Below, in pieces: positions 1 through 8,044 of a stretch of 32,000 nucleotides of DNA (position 1 is the first letter of the stretch; every line of letters begins with the position of its first letter). Below the pieces are notes generated by a model. It ran no database searches. It saw nothing but the letters and a program-made list of their open reading frames with translations, and was not told the DNA's origin. Source of the stretch: an uncultured Opitutales bacterium (GTDB taxonomy: Bacteria; Verrucomicrobiota; Verrucomicrobiia; Opitutales; Intestinicryptomonadaceae); assembly GCA_934613415.1 (NCBI GenBank), contig CAKTSY010000002.1, positions 360,001 to 392,000 of the forward strand, written 5' to 3'. The position numbers were made by a program, and so were the translations under genes.

Positions 1-159
1 TTGGTCGTCGTCCAAATTAACAAAGGCTATTCCTCTGAATTCCTTCGAGAAATTGTCGCATACCATCTTTATTCGGCTAAGTTCGCCAAAGGGGGCAAAA
101 AGCTCGCGTATTTTGGTTTCGCTTGTTTTTTTGGGTAAATTTTTTATAAAAATTTCCAT
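1..159 (-). CDS. RRM-type RNA-binding protein. Only the N-terminal 53 codons are present; the 3' end lies beyond the window start.
   Basis: Manual minus-strand translation from the ATG at 159 gives MEIFIKNLPKKTSETKIRELFAPFGELSRIKMVCDNFSKEFRGIAFVNLDDDQ. It has an RNP-2-like motif (IFIKNL) and an RNP-1-like motif (RGIAFVNL). It is absent from the ORF track because the window edge truncates it. It starts 17 nt downstream of the DUF374 stop on the same strand. Confidence 0.75.
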   Translation of the reverse strand, partial: MEIFIKNLPKKTSETKIRELFAPFGELSRIKMVCDNFSKEFRGIAFVNLDDDQ

Positions 160-175
160 ATATTTAGTTTTCTGA

Positions 176-868
176 TTAAATGTATTTTGCAATCTCGTTT
201 TTGTCGTTTTGCATATTGTCTGTGCCCAGCAAAACCTGCGCAAATTCTTCGGGGGCAAGCCCCGATTTTTCCGCCAAAGCGGCAAAATCTTTGTAGCTGT
301 TAAAGTTTACCGATTTTATCTCCGATTTTGAAAAAGGCTTGGGTATTAAAAAGCCGTCCCACGATTTAAGTTGCCAACAGCTTTTAGGATATATTCTTAT
401 AAAAAACAATCTCGGGTTTTCCCTCTCGCAAATGCCGAGTGTTGTTCCGTTGAATTTATATTTTGGTCCTCTTGGGCCGTCGGGCGTAACACAAATGTCT
501 TTTTTGTCTTTTAATACCTCGAAGAGCTCTTTTATTGCAACAGCCCCACGCTTATAGCTCGAGCCCCTTATGGCCGTTACCCCAAAAAATTTGAACATTT
601 CCGACAAATACGCGCCGTCTTTGCTGGGGCTAACCAACCCGCACATGGGAAAACGCCTTCTAAATTTCAGCTTTAAAAATACCGTAAAAATTATTTTGTT
701 GTGCCAAATATATACGGCAGTAGACCCTTCTTTCGAAAATGTGCGGCGGTCTTCTTCCGAATAGTCAAAGCGCAAAGACGCAATCCACAACCTTACAAAC
801 ACGGCAAAAATTGCGGCGCAAACCTTTTCGAAAATGTTTAGTTTGTCCTTATTATTTATTGCCGCCAT
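176..868 (-). CDS. DUF374 / lysophospholipid acyltransferase-like family protein
   Basis: 230-aa ORF. The core SPSKDGAYLSEMFKFFGVTAIRGSSYKRGAVAIKEL...VTPDGPRGP matches my recollection of the DUF374 signature (SxSxDG...RGSS.RGG...ITPDGPRGP). Confidence 0.7.
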   Translation of the reverse strand: MAAINNKDKLNIFEKVCAAIFAVFVRLWIASLRFDYSEEDRRTFSKEGSTAVYIWHNKIIFTVFLKLKFRRRFPMCGLVSPSKDGAYLSEMFKFFGVTAIRGSSYKRGAVAIKELFEVLKDKKDICVTPDGPRGPKYKFNGTTLGICERENPRLFFIRIYPKSCWQLKSWDGFLIPKPFSKSEIKSVNFNSYKDFAALAEKSGLAPEEFAQVLLGTDNMQNDKNEIAKYI

Positions 869-996
869 ATACGGGCTTTGGGTTGCTTATCTACTTGCAT
901 ACACTGCGTTAACTCGGATATAGACAGTGCTTATTGCCTTTGTTTTTGTCAAGAAGATATGTTGACAAAACGCCCGACTTTACCGATAAGGTTCTT

Positions 997-1515
997 ATGA
1001 AAATTTCGGTTTTTATTGCGTTTTTGTTTTGCGTATTTTGCGCTTCGGCATTTGCCCAGCATAGGCTAGACGCTTCTACAGACGCCGCCTTGGCCGAAAG
1101 CTTCCAAAAAATGGCGTTTTCGCTTTCGCCCGACGAGCGGCAGGATTTGTCGAACGCCTCGGCAATACTTATGTACTACGGCTCTAAAAACGGATTGGGC
1201 GAAGCTAAAATGCGCAAAATATTCCACGGCAAAACCGCGCGCGAAGTTGTTGAAACTGCGCTAAAAGTGTGTCCGTTTGCAAAGGACGAAACCCTTAAAA
1301 TAAATTCGAAAACGGCGGCCGATTTTTCGAAAAGCTATGCCGAGCTTTTAATGAATTTGCCGCTAAAAAAGCAAAGGGCGCTAAGCGCGGCAATTTCGCA
1401 GGCGTTGTTGACGGGGCAAGCTTCGGGCAGGCAATACATTGAAATTTTGGCGGAATTTAACGGCAAAACCGCCGACGAAATCATTGCTCAATTCGGGGGC
1501 AAGCTTGCTTTTTAA
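997..1515 (+). CDS. Secreted protein of unknown function with an internal two-fold repeat
   Basis: The start is moved to the ATG at 997, which gives the signal peptide MKISVFIAFLFCVFCASAFA/QH. Two ~65-aa halves each end in F(H/N)GKTA(R/D)E(V/I)(V/I). The upstream part of the 934 ORF (TTG start) is not signal-like. Confidence 0.6.
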   Translation: MKISVFIAFLFCVFCASAFAQHRLDASTDAALAESFQKMAFSLSPDERQDLSNASAILMYYGSKNGLGEAKMRKIFHGKTAREVVETALKVCPFAKDETLKINSKTAADFSKSYAELLMNLPLKKQRALSAAISQALLTGQASGRQYIEILAEFNGKTADEIIAQFGGKLAF

Positions 1516-1633
1516 TTACGCATTAACTTGATTGGTAAAACGTTATAAGCGGGGCATTTTGCCCTTTTGTCCAAAAAAGTACTTGACGAAGCCCTCTAAA
1601 TTTAGACTATGTACCTTTTTATTCTTCACGGAT

Positions 1634-1933
1634 ATGCAAGACGATACAAACAATAATAAGGAATTCTCGAGAGTACTTACCGTTCTCAATAAGATGGGCA
1701 TACACGCAAGGCCTGCCGCTATGATTGTGCGTATATCCAACAAATATCCGGCTACCGATATTTGGGTTGAAAAGGACGGCGAAAGGGTGAACGGCAAAAG
1801 TATAATGAGCCTTATGATGCTTGCAGCCGGTCGCGGTTCGAAAATAAAGTTTGTTGCCCAGGGTGAAGACGCCGAACAAATGCTCGACGAAATAGAGGCT
1901 TTGTTTGCTCGCGCATTCGACGAAAAAGATTAG
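1634..1933 (+). CDS. ptsH: HPr-family phosphocarrier protein
   Basis: The active-site His context is MGIHARPAAMIV and the regulatory Ser context is NGKSIMSLMMLAA. Length from the ATG at 1634 is about 99 aa. The 5' extension of the ORF-track model (TTG at 1532) is Cys/Phe-rich and contains promoter-like sequence. Confidence 0.85.
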   Translation: MQDDTNNNKEFSRVLTVLNKMGIHARPAAMIVRISNKYPATDIWVEKDGERVNGKSIMSLMMLAAGRGSKIKFVAQGEDAEQMLDEIEALFARAFDEKD

Positions 1934-2015
1934 TCTTTTTGCCGTTTCTTGTTGTATTCGACGCAAACTGCGCCATTATCGCCTTTAAATACAATATATA
2001 AACAGGACGGCACAT

Positions 2016-3197
2016 ATGAAGGATTTTGTTTTTTACTCTCCCACAAAGGTAATCTTTGGCGAAAATGCGCAACAAAATGTGGGTGAATGTATAAGGGAAT
2101 TTTTCGGCACAAAGGTTTTGCTGCATTTTGGCGGCAAAAGTGCGGAAAAGTCGGGGCTGCTTAAAGAGGTTGAAACCCTGCTTAAAAAGGCCGAAATTGA
2201 ATATGTAAAGCTTGGCGGCGTTGTTGCAAACCCGATGCTTAGCAAGGTAAATGAGGGCATAAAGCTTTGTAAGGCTGAAAATGTAGATTTTATTTTGGCG
2301 GTAGGCGGCGGCTCGGTTATAGACTCGGCAAAAGCCATTGCCTACGGCGTTAAATATAACGGAAATGTTTGGGACTTTTATTCGAGAAAAGCGCAGGCAA
2401 AAGACGCTTTGCCCGTGGGCGTAATTTTAACTATGGCAGCCGCCGGCAGCGAAATGAGCGATGCCAGCGTTATAACCAACGACGACGGGCTTTTAAAGCG
2501 CGGCTATAGTAGCCTATTTGGGCACTGCAAGTTTGCGCTTATGAATCCAAAACTTACGTTTACGCTTTCGCCGTATCAAACAGCAAGCGGCTGTGTGGAT
2601 ATTTTAATGCACACGTTCGAGCGTTATTTTTCGGTTCAAGGCGAAACAATCTTGCAAGACGAGATTGCGCAAGGGCTTGTAAAATCGGTAATTATAAATG
2701 CAAAAATTGCCGTAAAAGACCCCGAAAACTACAACGCGCGCTCGGAAATTATGTGGGCTTCTACGCTGTCGCACAACGGAACTACGGGCGACAGGTTTTT
2801 GGGCGACTGGGCATGCCACCAGCTAGAGCACGAATTAAGCGCGCTATACGGCGTCGCCCACGGGGCGGGGTTGGCGGCGATTTGGCCTACTTGGGCAAAA
2901 TACGTTATGAATACCGACTTTAAGCGTTTTGCAAAGCTAGGCCGCTGCGTTTTCGGCATAGACGAGCCAAACGACGAGCTTGCCGCAACTATGTGCGTTG
3001 AAAAGTTTAAGGAATTTTTTAAGCAAATAAATATGCCTGTTTGCGTTGCCGATATGGGAATATCTAAAGCCGACTACAACCCGCAGCTTCTCGCCGAAAA
3101 GTGCAGCTTTTTTGGCAAGCGCACAATTGGCGCATTTAAAAAACTAGACCAAAGCGATATGTGCAATATATACGAAAATGCATATTTGGGTGTGTAA
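2016..3197 (+). CDS. Iron-containing (group III) alcohol dehydrogenase, YqhD/BdhA-like
   Basis: 393 aa, collinear with E. coli YqhD as I recall it: FGGKS..., the LAVGGGSVIDSAKAIA nucleotide-binding motif, and metal-binding His residues in HQLEHELSALYGVAHGAGLA. Confidence 0.9.
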   Translation: MKDFVFYSPTKVIFGENAQQNVGECIREFFGTKVLLHFGGKSAEKSGLLKEVETLLKKAEIEYVKLGGVVANPMLSKVNEGIKLCKAENVDFILAVGGGSVIDSAKAIAYGVKYNGNVWDFYSRKAQAKDALPVGVILTMAAAGSEMSDASVITNDDGLLKRGYSSLFGHCKFALMNPKLTFTLSPYQTASGCVDILMHTFERYFSVQGETILQDEIAQGLVKSVIINAKIAVKDPENYNARSEIMWASTLSHNGTTGDRFLGDWACHQLEHELSALYGVAHGAGLAAIWPTWAKYVMNTDFKRFAKLGRCVFGIDEPNDELAATMCVEKFKEFFKQINMPVCVADMGISKADYNPQLLAEKCSFFGKRTIGAFKKLDQSDMCNIYENAYLGV

Positions 3198-5105
3198 ATG
3201 AGTATTATTTCTTTAAGCGAAGTTTCGTATAGATACGGGGCGCACGTTTTGCTGGACTGCGCCGATTTAAATATTGCCGAGGGCGACCAGCTTGCGTTGG
3301 TAGGTCGAAACGGGTGCGGTAAAACAAGCCTGCTAAAACTTATTTCGGGCGAGCATTTGCCCGATTCTGGGCTTATAGAGCGAAAGAACGGGATAAAAAC
3401 GGCGTATCTGCCGCAAGATGTTCCAATGTCTTTAAACGGCTCGGTATATTCCGTTGTAGCTTCGGGCTTGGGCGAAAAGGGCGAAATTTTTTGCAGATAC
3501 AATTTTCTTCTTTCGAAGGTAGATAGCCCCGACTTTGCCCAGTTTCAGGCCGAATTCGACGCGCTTTCGCACAGGATAGATGAAATGTCGCTATGGGGCT
3601 TGGGTGCCGAAATTTCCGACACGGTAAAAAAGCTGGAGCTAGACCCAAATTTGGAGCTTTCTACCGCTTCGGCGGGCATAAAGCGCAGGGCGCTGCTTGG
3701 CAGGGGCTTTGTTTCGAACCCCGACGTTCTTTTGCTGGACGAGCCTACCAATCACTTGGATATAGACTCGGTTTTGTGGCTGGAAAAATTCCTTAAAGAG
3801 TGCAAAAAAACGCTTGTGTTTGTTTCGCACGACAGAACTTTTTTGCGCAATTTGGCGACAAGGGTTGTAGAGGTAGACAGGGCAAAACTTATATCTTTCG
3901 ACTGCCATTTCGACGAATTTATTACAAGAAGAGACGAGCTTTTAAAGTCGCAAGAACGCAACGAGGCTGCTTTCGACAAAAAACTTGCCAAAGAGGAAGT
4001 TTGGCTTAGACGCGGCATAAAAGCGCGCAGAACCCGAAACGAAGGCAGGGTGCGCGAGTTGATAAAACTTAGGCAGATACGAAGCCAAAGACGCAGCCGC
4101 GCGGGCGTTTTAGACCTTAAAATTGCGGGCGCTGTAGAGGGTGGGCAAAAGGTTTTCGAGGTTGAAAACGTTTCGCTTTCTTTCGGCGGCAAAAAGATTA
4201 TAGACGACTTTTCGACCACAATTTACAGGGGCGACAAAATAGGCATTATAGGTCGAAACGGCATAGGTAAAACCACTTTGCTTAACATATTGCTTGGCAA
4301 GCTTAAGCCCGAGTGCGGCACGGTTGAAACCGGCACAAATTTTAAGGTGGCGTATTTCGACCAGCTAAGAGCAAAGCTAAACGACAAAACTTCGCCGTTT
4401 GAATTTGTAGGCGAAGGTTCAGACTTTGTGGGTGTTTTAGGGCAAAGGCAAAACACTGCGGGTTATCTGCAAAAATTTATGTTTAGCCCCGAGCAGATTT
4501 ACGGCGAAATTGGCATGCTTAGCGGCGGCGAAAAAAACAGGCTTATGCTTGCAAAGCTCTTTACAGCCCCCGCCAACGTTTTGGTTTTAGACGAGCCTAC
4601 CAACGACTTGGATATGGAAACCATAGAGATTTTAGAGGCCGCCCTTGTTTCGTTCGACGGCACAATTTTGCTTGTTTCGCACGACAGAACTTTTCTTAAC
4701 AACATTGTAACGGGTGTATTTTGCTTTGGCGAAAACGGCAAAATTACGGAACTAGTTGGCGGCTACGACGAATGGGAAAAATATAGAGCGCAAAACGAAA
4801 ATCTGCAGCTGCCGCAAAAAGAAGAGAAAAAGAAGGCAGCCTACGCCCCTAAAAAGCGCGAAAAGTTTACCAACCGCGAGCGCGCCGAGCTGGAAAGCAT
4901 TCCGCAAAAAATAGACGCTTTGGAAAGCGAATTGGCAGACCTTACCCAAAAGCTTCAGTCCGCCGATTTTGTAAAGGCAAATTCCGCAAAAATCGCCGAA
5001 ATAAACGCGCGCATAGAGCAAATTCAAAAGGAAGACGAAGAGCTTTTTGCAAGGTGGGAATTTTTGCAGGAACGCAAAGACAGCCTGGAAAACCCCGATA
5101 AATAA
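3198..5105 (+). CDS. uup: ABC-F family ATPase Uup (two ABC domains plus a C-terminal coiled coil)
   Basis: 635 aa. Two Walker A motifs (GRNGCGKTS, GRNGIGKTT). The linker KLAKEEVWLRRGIKARRTRNEGRVREL is nearly identical to E. coli Uup as I recall it. The tail is K/E-rich coiled coil. The ATG immediately follows the ADH TAA (TAAATG). Confidence 0.9.
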   Translation: MSIISLSEVSYRYGAHVLLDCADLNIAEGDQLALVGRNGCGKTSLLKLISGEHLPDSGLIERKNGIKTAYLPQDVPMSLNGSVYSVVASGLGEKGEIFCRYNFLLSKVDSPDFAQFQAEFDALSHRIDEMSLWGLGAEISDTVKKLELDPNLELSTASAGIKRRALLGRGFVSNPDVLLLDEPTNHLDIDSVLWLEKFLKECKKTLVFVSHDRTFLRNLATRVVEVDRAKLISFDCHFDEFITRRDELLKSQERNEAAFDKKLAKEEVWLRRGIKARRTRNEGRVRELIKLRQIRSQRRSRAGVLDLKIAGAVEGGQKVFEVENVSLSFGGKKIIDDFSTTIYRGDKIGIIGRNGIGKTTLLNILLGKLKPECGTVETGTNFKVAYFDQLRAKLNDKTSPFEFVGEGSDFVGVLGQRQNTAGYLQKFMFSPEQIYGEIGMLSGGEKNRLMLAKLFTAPANVLVLDEPTNDLDMETIEILEAALVSFDGTILLVSHDRTFLNNIVTGVFCFGENGKITELVGGYDEWEKYRAQNENLQLPQKEEKKKAAYAPKKREKFTNRERAELESIPQKIDALESELADLTQKLQSADFVKANSAKIAEINARIEQIQKEDEELFARWEFLQERKDSLENPDK

Positions 5106-5115
5106 AGCGAGGTTC

Positions 5116-7020
5116 CTAAAGCCCTATGCTTATTGCAAGTCTAGCGCATCTCGGATACGGGCGCACGCCGGCAACCGGCTGCCAAGACGAATTTAACAAG
5201 TTCGAAATTTCCGCCGAAATGCATATGCGGTTTTCTAGAATATTCGGAACGTAGGAAATTTCGAAAGAACTAAGCACTGGGTTTAGCGTTCCGCTTCTTA
5301 GCAGGTTTTGCTCCTGAAACCTCAGCTCGTTTTTTAGGCCTATTTTAAGATTGTCTAAAATATTGTATTGAATCTTTAAAATTGCCCTGTGCTTTGCCCA
5401 GTCGCCAAAATAGAAGCTGGCATCGTAGTGCTGCCACTGCCAGTCTTCGGTTTTGTCGGTAAATATGTAGGCTGCAAAAATTTTTATGGCAGGGTCTAAA
5501 AACTCATATTCGCATTCAAGCTCTATGCCAAAAGTTTCGCCGTCTACGGCGGTTGCCTTACGTTGGAATGGGTTGGAAAATTCGTAGCCCCATTCGGTTA
5601 AGTCGCAGTCTTTGCGGTAGAAAATTTTTGGCGTAAAAGAAAAATTGCCGCGCGAAATTTTTATGCCGCCTTCTGTGTTTAATGTGTGCTGTAGCGGCAG
5701 ATAGGGGTTGCCGCCAAAAGGCCCGCCGTCTCTGCCTCCTATTGCGGTGTAGGAGGGAGCCTGCGAAGTTTTTGCAAAGTCTAAATAGCATAAAAATGGT
5801 AGTTGCGCATTTTCGTTGCCATATTCTATGCGGGCTGCGGGGTTTACGGCCGTGCCATAGCCTTGGCAATAGTCGGCATTTAAGCCCGCCAAAACTTTGG
5901 CGTAGTCGCGGGTTGTGCTGTAAAATGTCCATTCGGGCAAGGCTGCAATCTTAAATCGGTCGCGCGCAAAAGTGCCCCCCGAAAAGGGATAGTTTGTAAA
6001 AAGCCCCGTGCTTTGAATGTTGTCGTGGGCAAAGTCGGCCTTAAAATTCAATCGCAACCTTTCAACCCCAGTTTGCCCCGAAAGCGAAATAAAATACACG
6101 TTTGTTTCGTGCTCTGCCTTGTAGTTGGCAGTGGGCATTGTGTATAGGTCGTTGTTCTTCCTGTAATATGCCGAAAAGTTTATTTTGTTGAATTCGTTTA
6201 CCTCGGCATTTGCGTTGTATAAAAACAGGTTTGTGCGCAAAGCTTCGTATTCTAAAATGCCGAAGGGGCGCGGCACATACATATTGGGCCAGCCGTAGTT
6301 TTTAGATTGGTAGCCGTAAAAAAATGTAGATTTAATTTTGCCGTAGGCTGCGTTAATTCTGCCCGAATACAGGTTTAAAAGGCTGTCGGTATTGTCGAAT
6401 GGGCCCGATACTTCGGCGCGGTTGTAGAAAAAGTCTGCCGACATTGCAAGCTTGTCTTTAAAGTCGCCTTTTGCCGCGGCATATGCCGAAACCGAAATTT
6501 CGCCGTAGCTGCCTATAACGGTTTTTGCCGACAATGCGTTGTTTTCTATTTCGGCAAAGTCGTAAAAAACGCAGCCGGACGCCGAGTTAAAGCCGCTTAA
6601 ATTGTTTTTGCTTGAAAATAAAAATTCGGGGCTTTTTAGCATAATTTCGGGCACGGGTATTTCGGCTGCATAGTGCCCCGTTTGCGGGTCGTAAATATTG
6701 GCGTTGGCAATGCTTATTCCCGAATTTTCGAACGAAGCACCCCTAAGGGAGATGTCGTTTTGCATATTGCTTCTGGCATACAACGCAGTGTCGGGTTCAA
6801 ATTTAAGCGATTCGGCAAGCCCCAAGTCTCCGTTGGTGCCCACGCTTACAAAGGGCGTTTGCGCGCTTTCGGTTGCGGCAAGCTCGTCTAAAATTCCGCC
6901 AAATTCGGCGGGTTCGCTTTCGGCGTCGGCATAAGATAGAACGGGGAAGGCCGTGCAAATGGTTTGCAAAATTAGCGCAAAGGTTTTCGGGGTAAAAGGG
7001 ACGTGTTTATAGATATGCAT
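5116..7020 (-). CDS. TonB-dependent outer-membrane receptor (BtuB-sized, vitamin-type plug)
   Basis: 634 aa. The signal peptide ends in VLSYA/DAE. The plug-like segment is DISLRGASFENSGISIANANIYDPQTGHYAAEIPV. A long region of alternating Y/F/G-rich beta-strand pattern follows. Confidence 0.75.
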   Translation of the reverse strand: MHIYKHVPFTPKTFALILQTICTAFPVLSYADAESEPAEFGGILDELAATESAQTPFVSVGTNGDLGLAESLKFEPDTALYARSNMQNDISLRGASFENSGISIANANIYDPQTGHYAAEIPVPEIMLKSPEFLFSSKNNLSGFNSASGCVFYDFAEIENNALSAKTVIGSYGEISVSAYAAAKGDFKDKLAMSADFFYNRAEVSGPFDNTDSLLNLYSGRINAAYGKIKSTFFYGYQSKNYGWPNMYVPRPFGILEYEALRTNLFLYNANAEVNEFNKINFSAYYRKNNDLYTMPTANYKAEHETNVYFISLSGQTGVERLRLNFKADFAHDNIQSTGLFTNYPFSGGTFARDRFKIAALPEWTFYSTTRDYAKVLAGLNADYCQGYGTAVNPAARIEYGNENAQLPFLCYLDFAKTSQAPSYTAIGGRDGGPFGGNPYLPLQHTLNTEGGIKISRGNFSFTPKIFYRKDCDLTEWGYEFSNPFQRKATAVDGETFGIELECEYEFLDPAIKIFAAYIFTDKTEDWQWQHYDASFYFGDWAKHRAILKIQYNILDNLKIGLKNELRFQEQNLLRSGTLNPVLSSFEISYVPNILENRICISAEISNLLNSSWQPVAGVRPYPRCARLAISIGL

Positions 7021-7042
7021 ATTTTGGGCGAGAAAACTCTCT

Positions 7043-7083
7043 AATATATGTTAAGTCAATTAAAAAATTAGTTAACATATATT
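7043..7083. promoter_or_regulatory. Candidate BirA-type operator: a perfect 12-bp inverted repeat with a 17-nt spacer
   Basis: AATATATGTTAA (7043-7054) and TTAACATATATT (7072-7083) are exact reverse complements. The core reads TGTTAAg-N15-gTTAACA. It lies in the divergent intergenic region between the TonB-dependent receptor (ATG at 7020) and the birA-like gene (ATG at 7160). Confidence 0.5.
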
Positions 7084-7159
7084 TTTAGCCTGATTTAGAC
7101 TAAAATTTTTTTGTTGAAGAATTTTTTTGAATGTGGAATATTCCGCGAAAAACCCACCT

Positions 7160-7879
7160 ATGAAAAAAGACCCCAGCAGCATAGCAAAAGAATTTATTTC
7201 GGCAAAAGGCGAGTATATTTCGGGCGAAATATTGTCGAAACAATTCGGGCTAAGCAGGGTTGGCCTGCGCCAAAAGATAGAGCTTTTAAAGACCGACGGC
7301 TTTTCGTTTTCGGCGGTGCGAAAATTGGGCTACAGGCTTGAAGGCCTGCCGAAACTTCCAAGCAAATACGCGTTTTTTGCCGAAATAGCCGAGCTTTCTG
7401 TAGATTGTACGCCCGTTTTTTTCGACAGTGTAGACAGCACAAACTTGCGGGCTTTGGCCCTTGCCGCAGAAAGCCCCGAAAACGCCTTTGCCGTTTTTGC
7501 CGCAGCCCAAACAAAGGGCAGGGCGGCTTGCGGCGCAAAGTGGCGTTCCCAAAAAAAGTCGTTTGCGCTAAGCTGTTCGCTTTCGCCAATGCGTGCGGTT
7601 AAAAACAAAAGTCAATTAAGCGAAAAGCTCGCAAAAAAAGCGGTTGGTGTTTTGCAAAAAAATAGTCCTTTAAAGTTGCGTGCGCAAAAAAACGCAATCT
7701 ACCTAAACGGCGAAAAGCTTTGCGGCGTTTTGTGCGAATTTTTAAGCGAGGGCGATTTTGTAAGCTCGCTTAGCGCGGGAATAGGCGTAAATTATGCGGC
7801 TTTGACCGATGTCAACCCAAACGTTTTGGCCGCAAATTTGGCGGAAGTATTTTTCGGGAATTTGCGTTCGCTAAAATAG
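7160..7879 (+). CDS. BirA-like protein: N-terminal winged-HTH plus a biotin-protein-ligase-like core with degenerate catalytic motifs and no C-terminal domain
   Basis: HTH region: ISGEILSKQFGLSRVGLRQKIELLKTDGFSFSAVRKLGYRL. Core landmarks align to E. coli BirA: VDSTN; QTKGRAACGAKW versus QQAGRGRRGRKW; GEKLCGVLCEF versus DRKLAGILVEL; GIGVN versus GAGIN. I prefer the ATG at 7160 over the TTG at 7127. Length is 239 aa against about 320 aa for bifunctional BirA. Confidence 0.7.
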   Translation: MKKDPSSIAKEFISAKGEYISGEILSKQFGLSRVGLRQKIELLKTDGFSFSAVRKLGYRLEGLPKLPSKYAFFAEIAELSVDCTPVFFDSVDSTNLRALALAAESPENAFAVFAAAQTKGRAACGAKWRSQKKSFALSCSLSPMRAVKNKSQLSEKLAKKAVGVLQKNSPLKLRAQKNAIYLNGEKLCGVLCEFLSEGDFVSSLSAGIGVNYAALTDVNPNVLAANLAEVFFGNLRSLK

Positions 7880-7943
7880 AGGCAAAATAACGCCTATTTT
7901 GTAGTTAATCGTTTTTACTTATTAAACTGATAATTTTAGCATA

Positions 7944-7972
7944 TTGAATTGATTTAAATAATAGGGTAAAAT
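7944..7972 (+). promoter_or_regulatory. Sigma70-like promoter candidate for the YidE/YbjL transporter gene
   Basis: TTGAAT (7944-7949), a 17-nt spacer, then TAAAAT (7967-7972). The predicted TSS near 7979 is downstream of the ORF-track TTG start (7973), which supports the ATG at 8045. Confidence 0.35.
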
Positions 7973-8044
7973 TTGCGGTTTAATGCGCCGCTATTTACAC
8001 ACTATTTTAATATATGCGGCACAAGAAACGGATTTTTACGCGAT

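Noticed and set aside
934-996. 5' extensions of ORF-track models (934, 1532, 7127, 7973, 19876, 26459, 30414)
   Set aside because: The extensions begin at TTG or other weak starts, or run through upstream genes or promoters. Internal ATGs give clean signal peptides or family-typical N-termini, so the shorter models were used.
3752-4219. 155-aa minus-strand ORF (and several 60-90-aa ORFs) inside uup
   Set aside because: These are antisense shadow ORFs within a strongly supported ABC-F gene, with Ser/Leu-rich composition.
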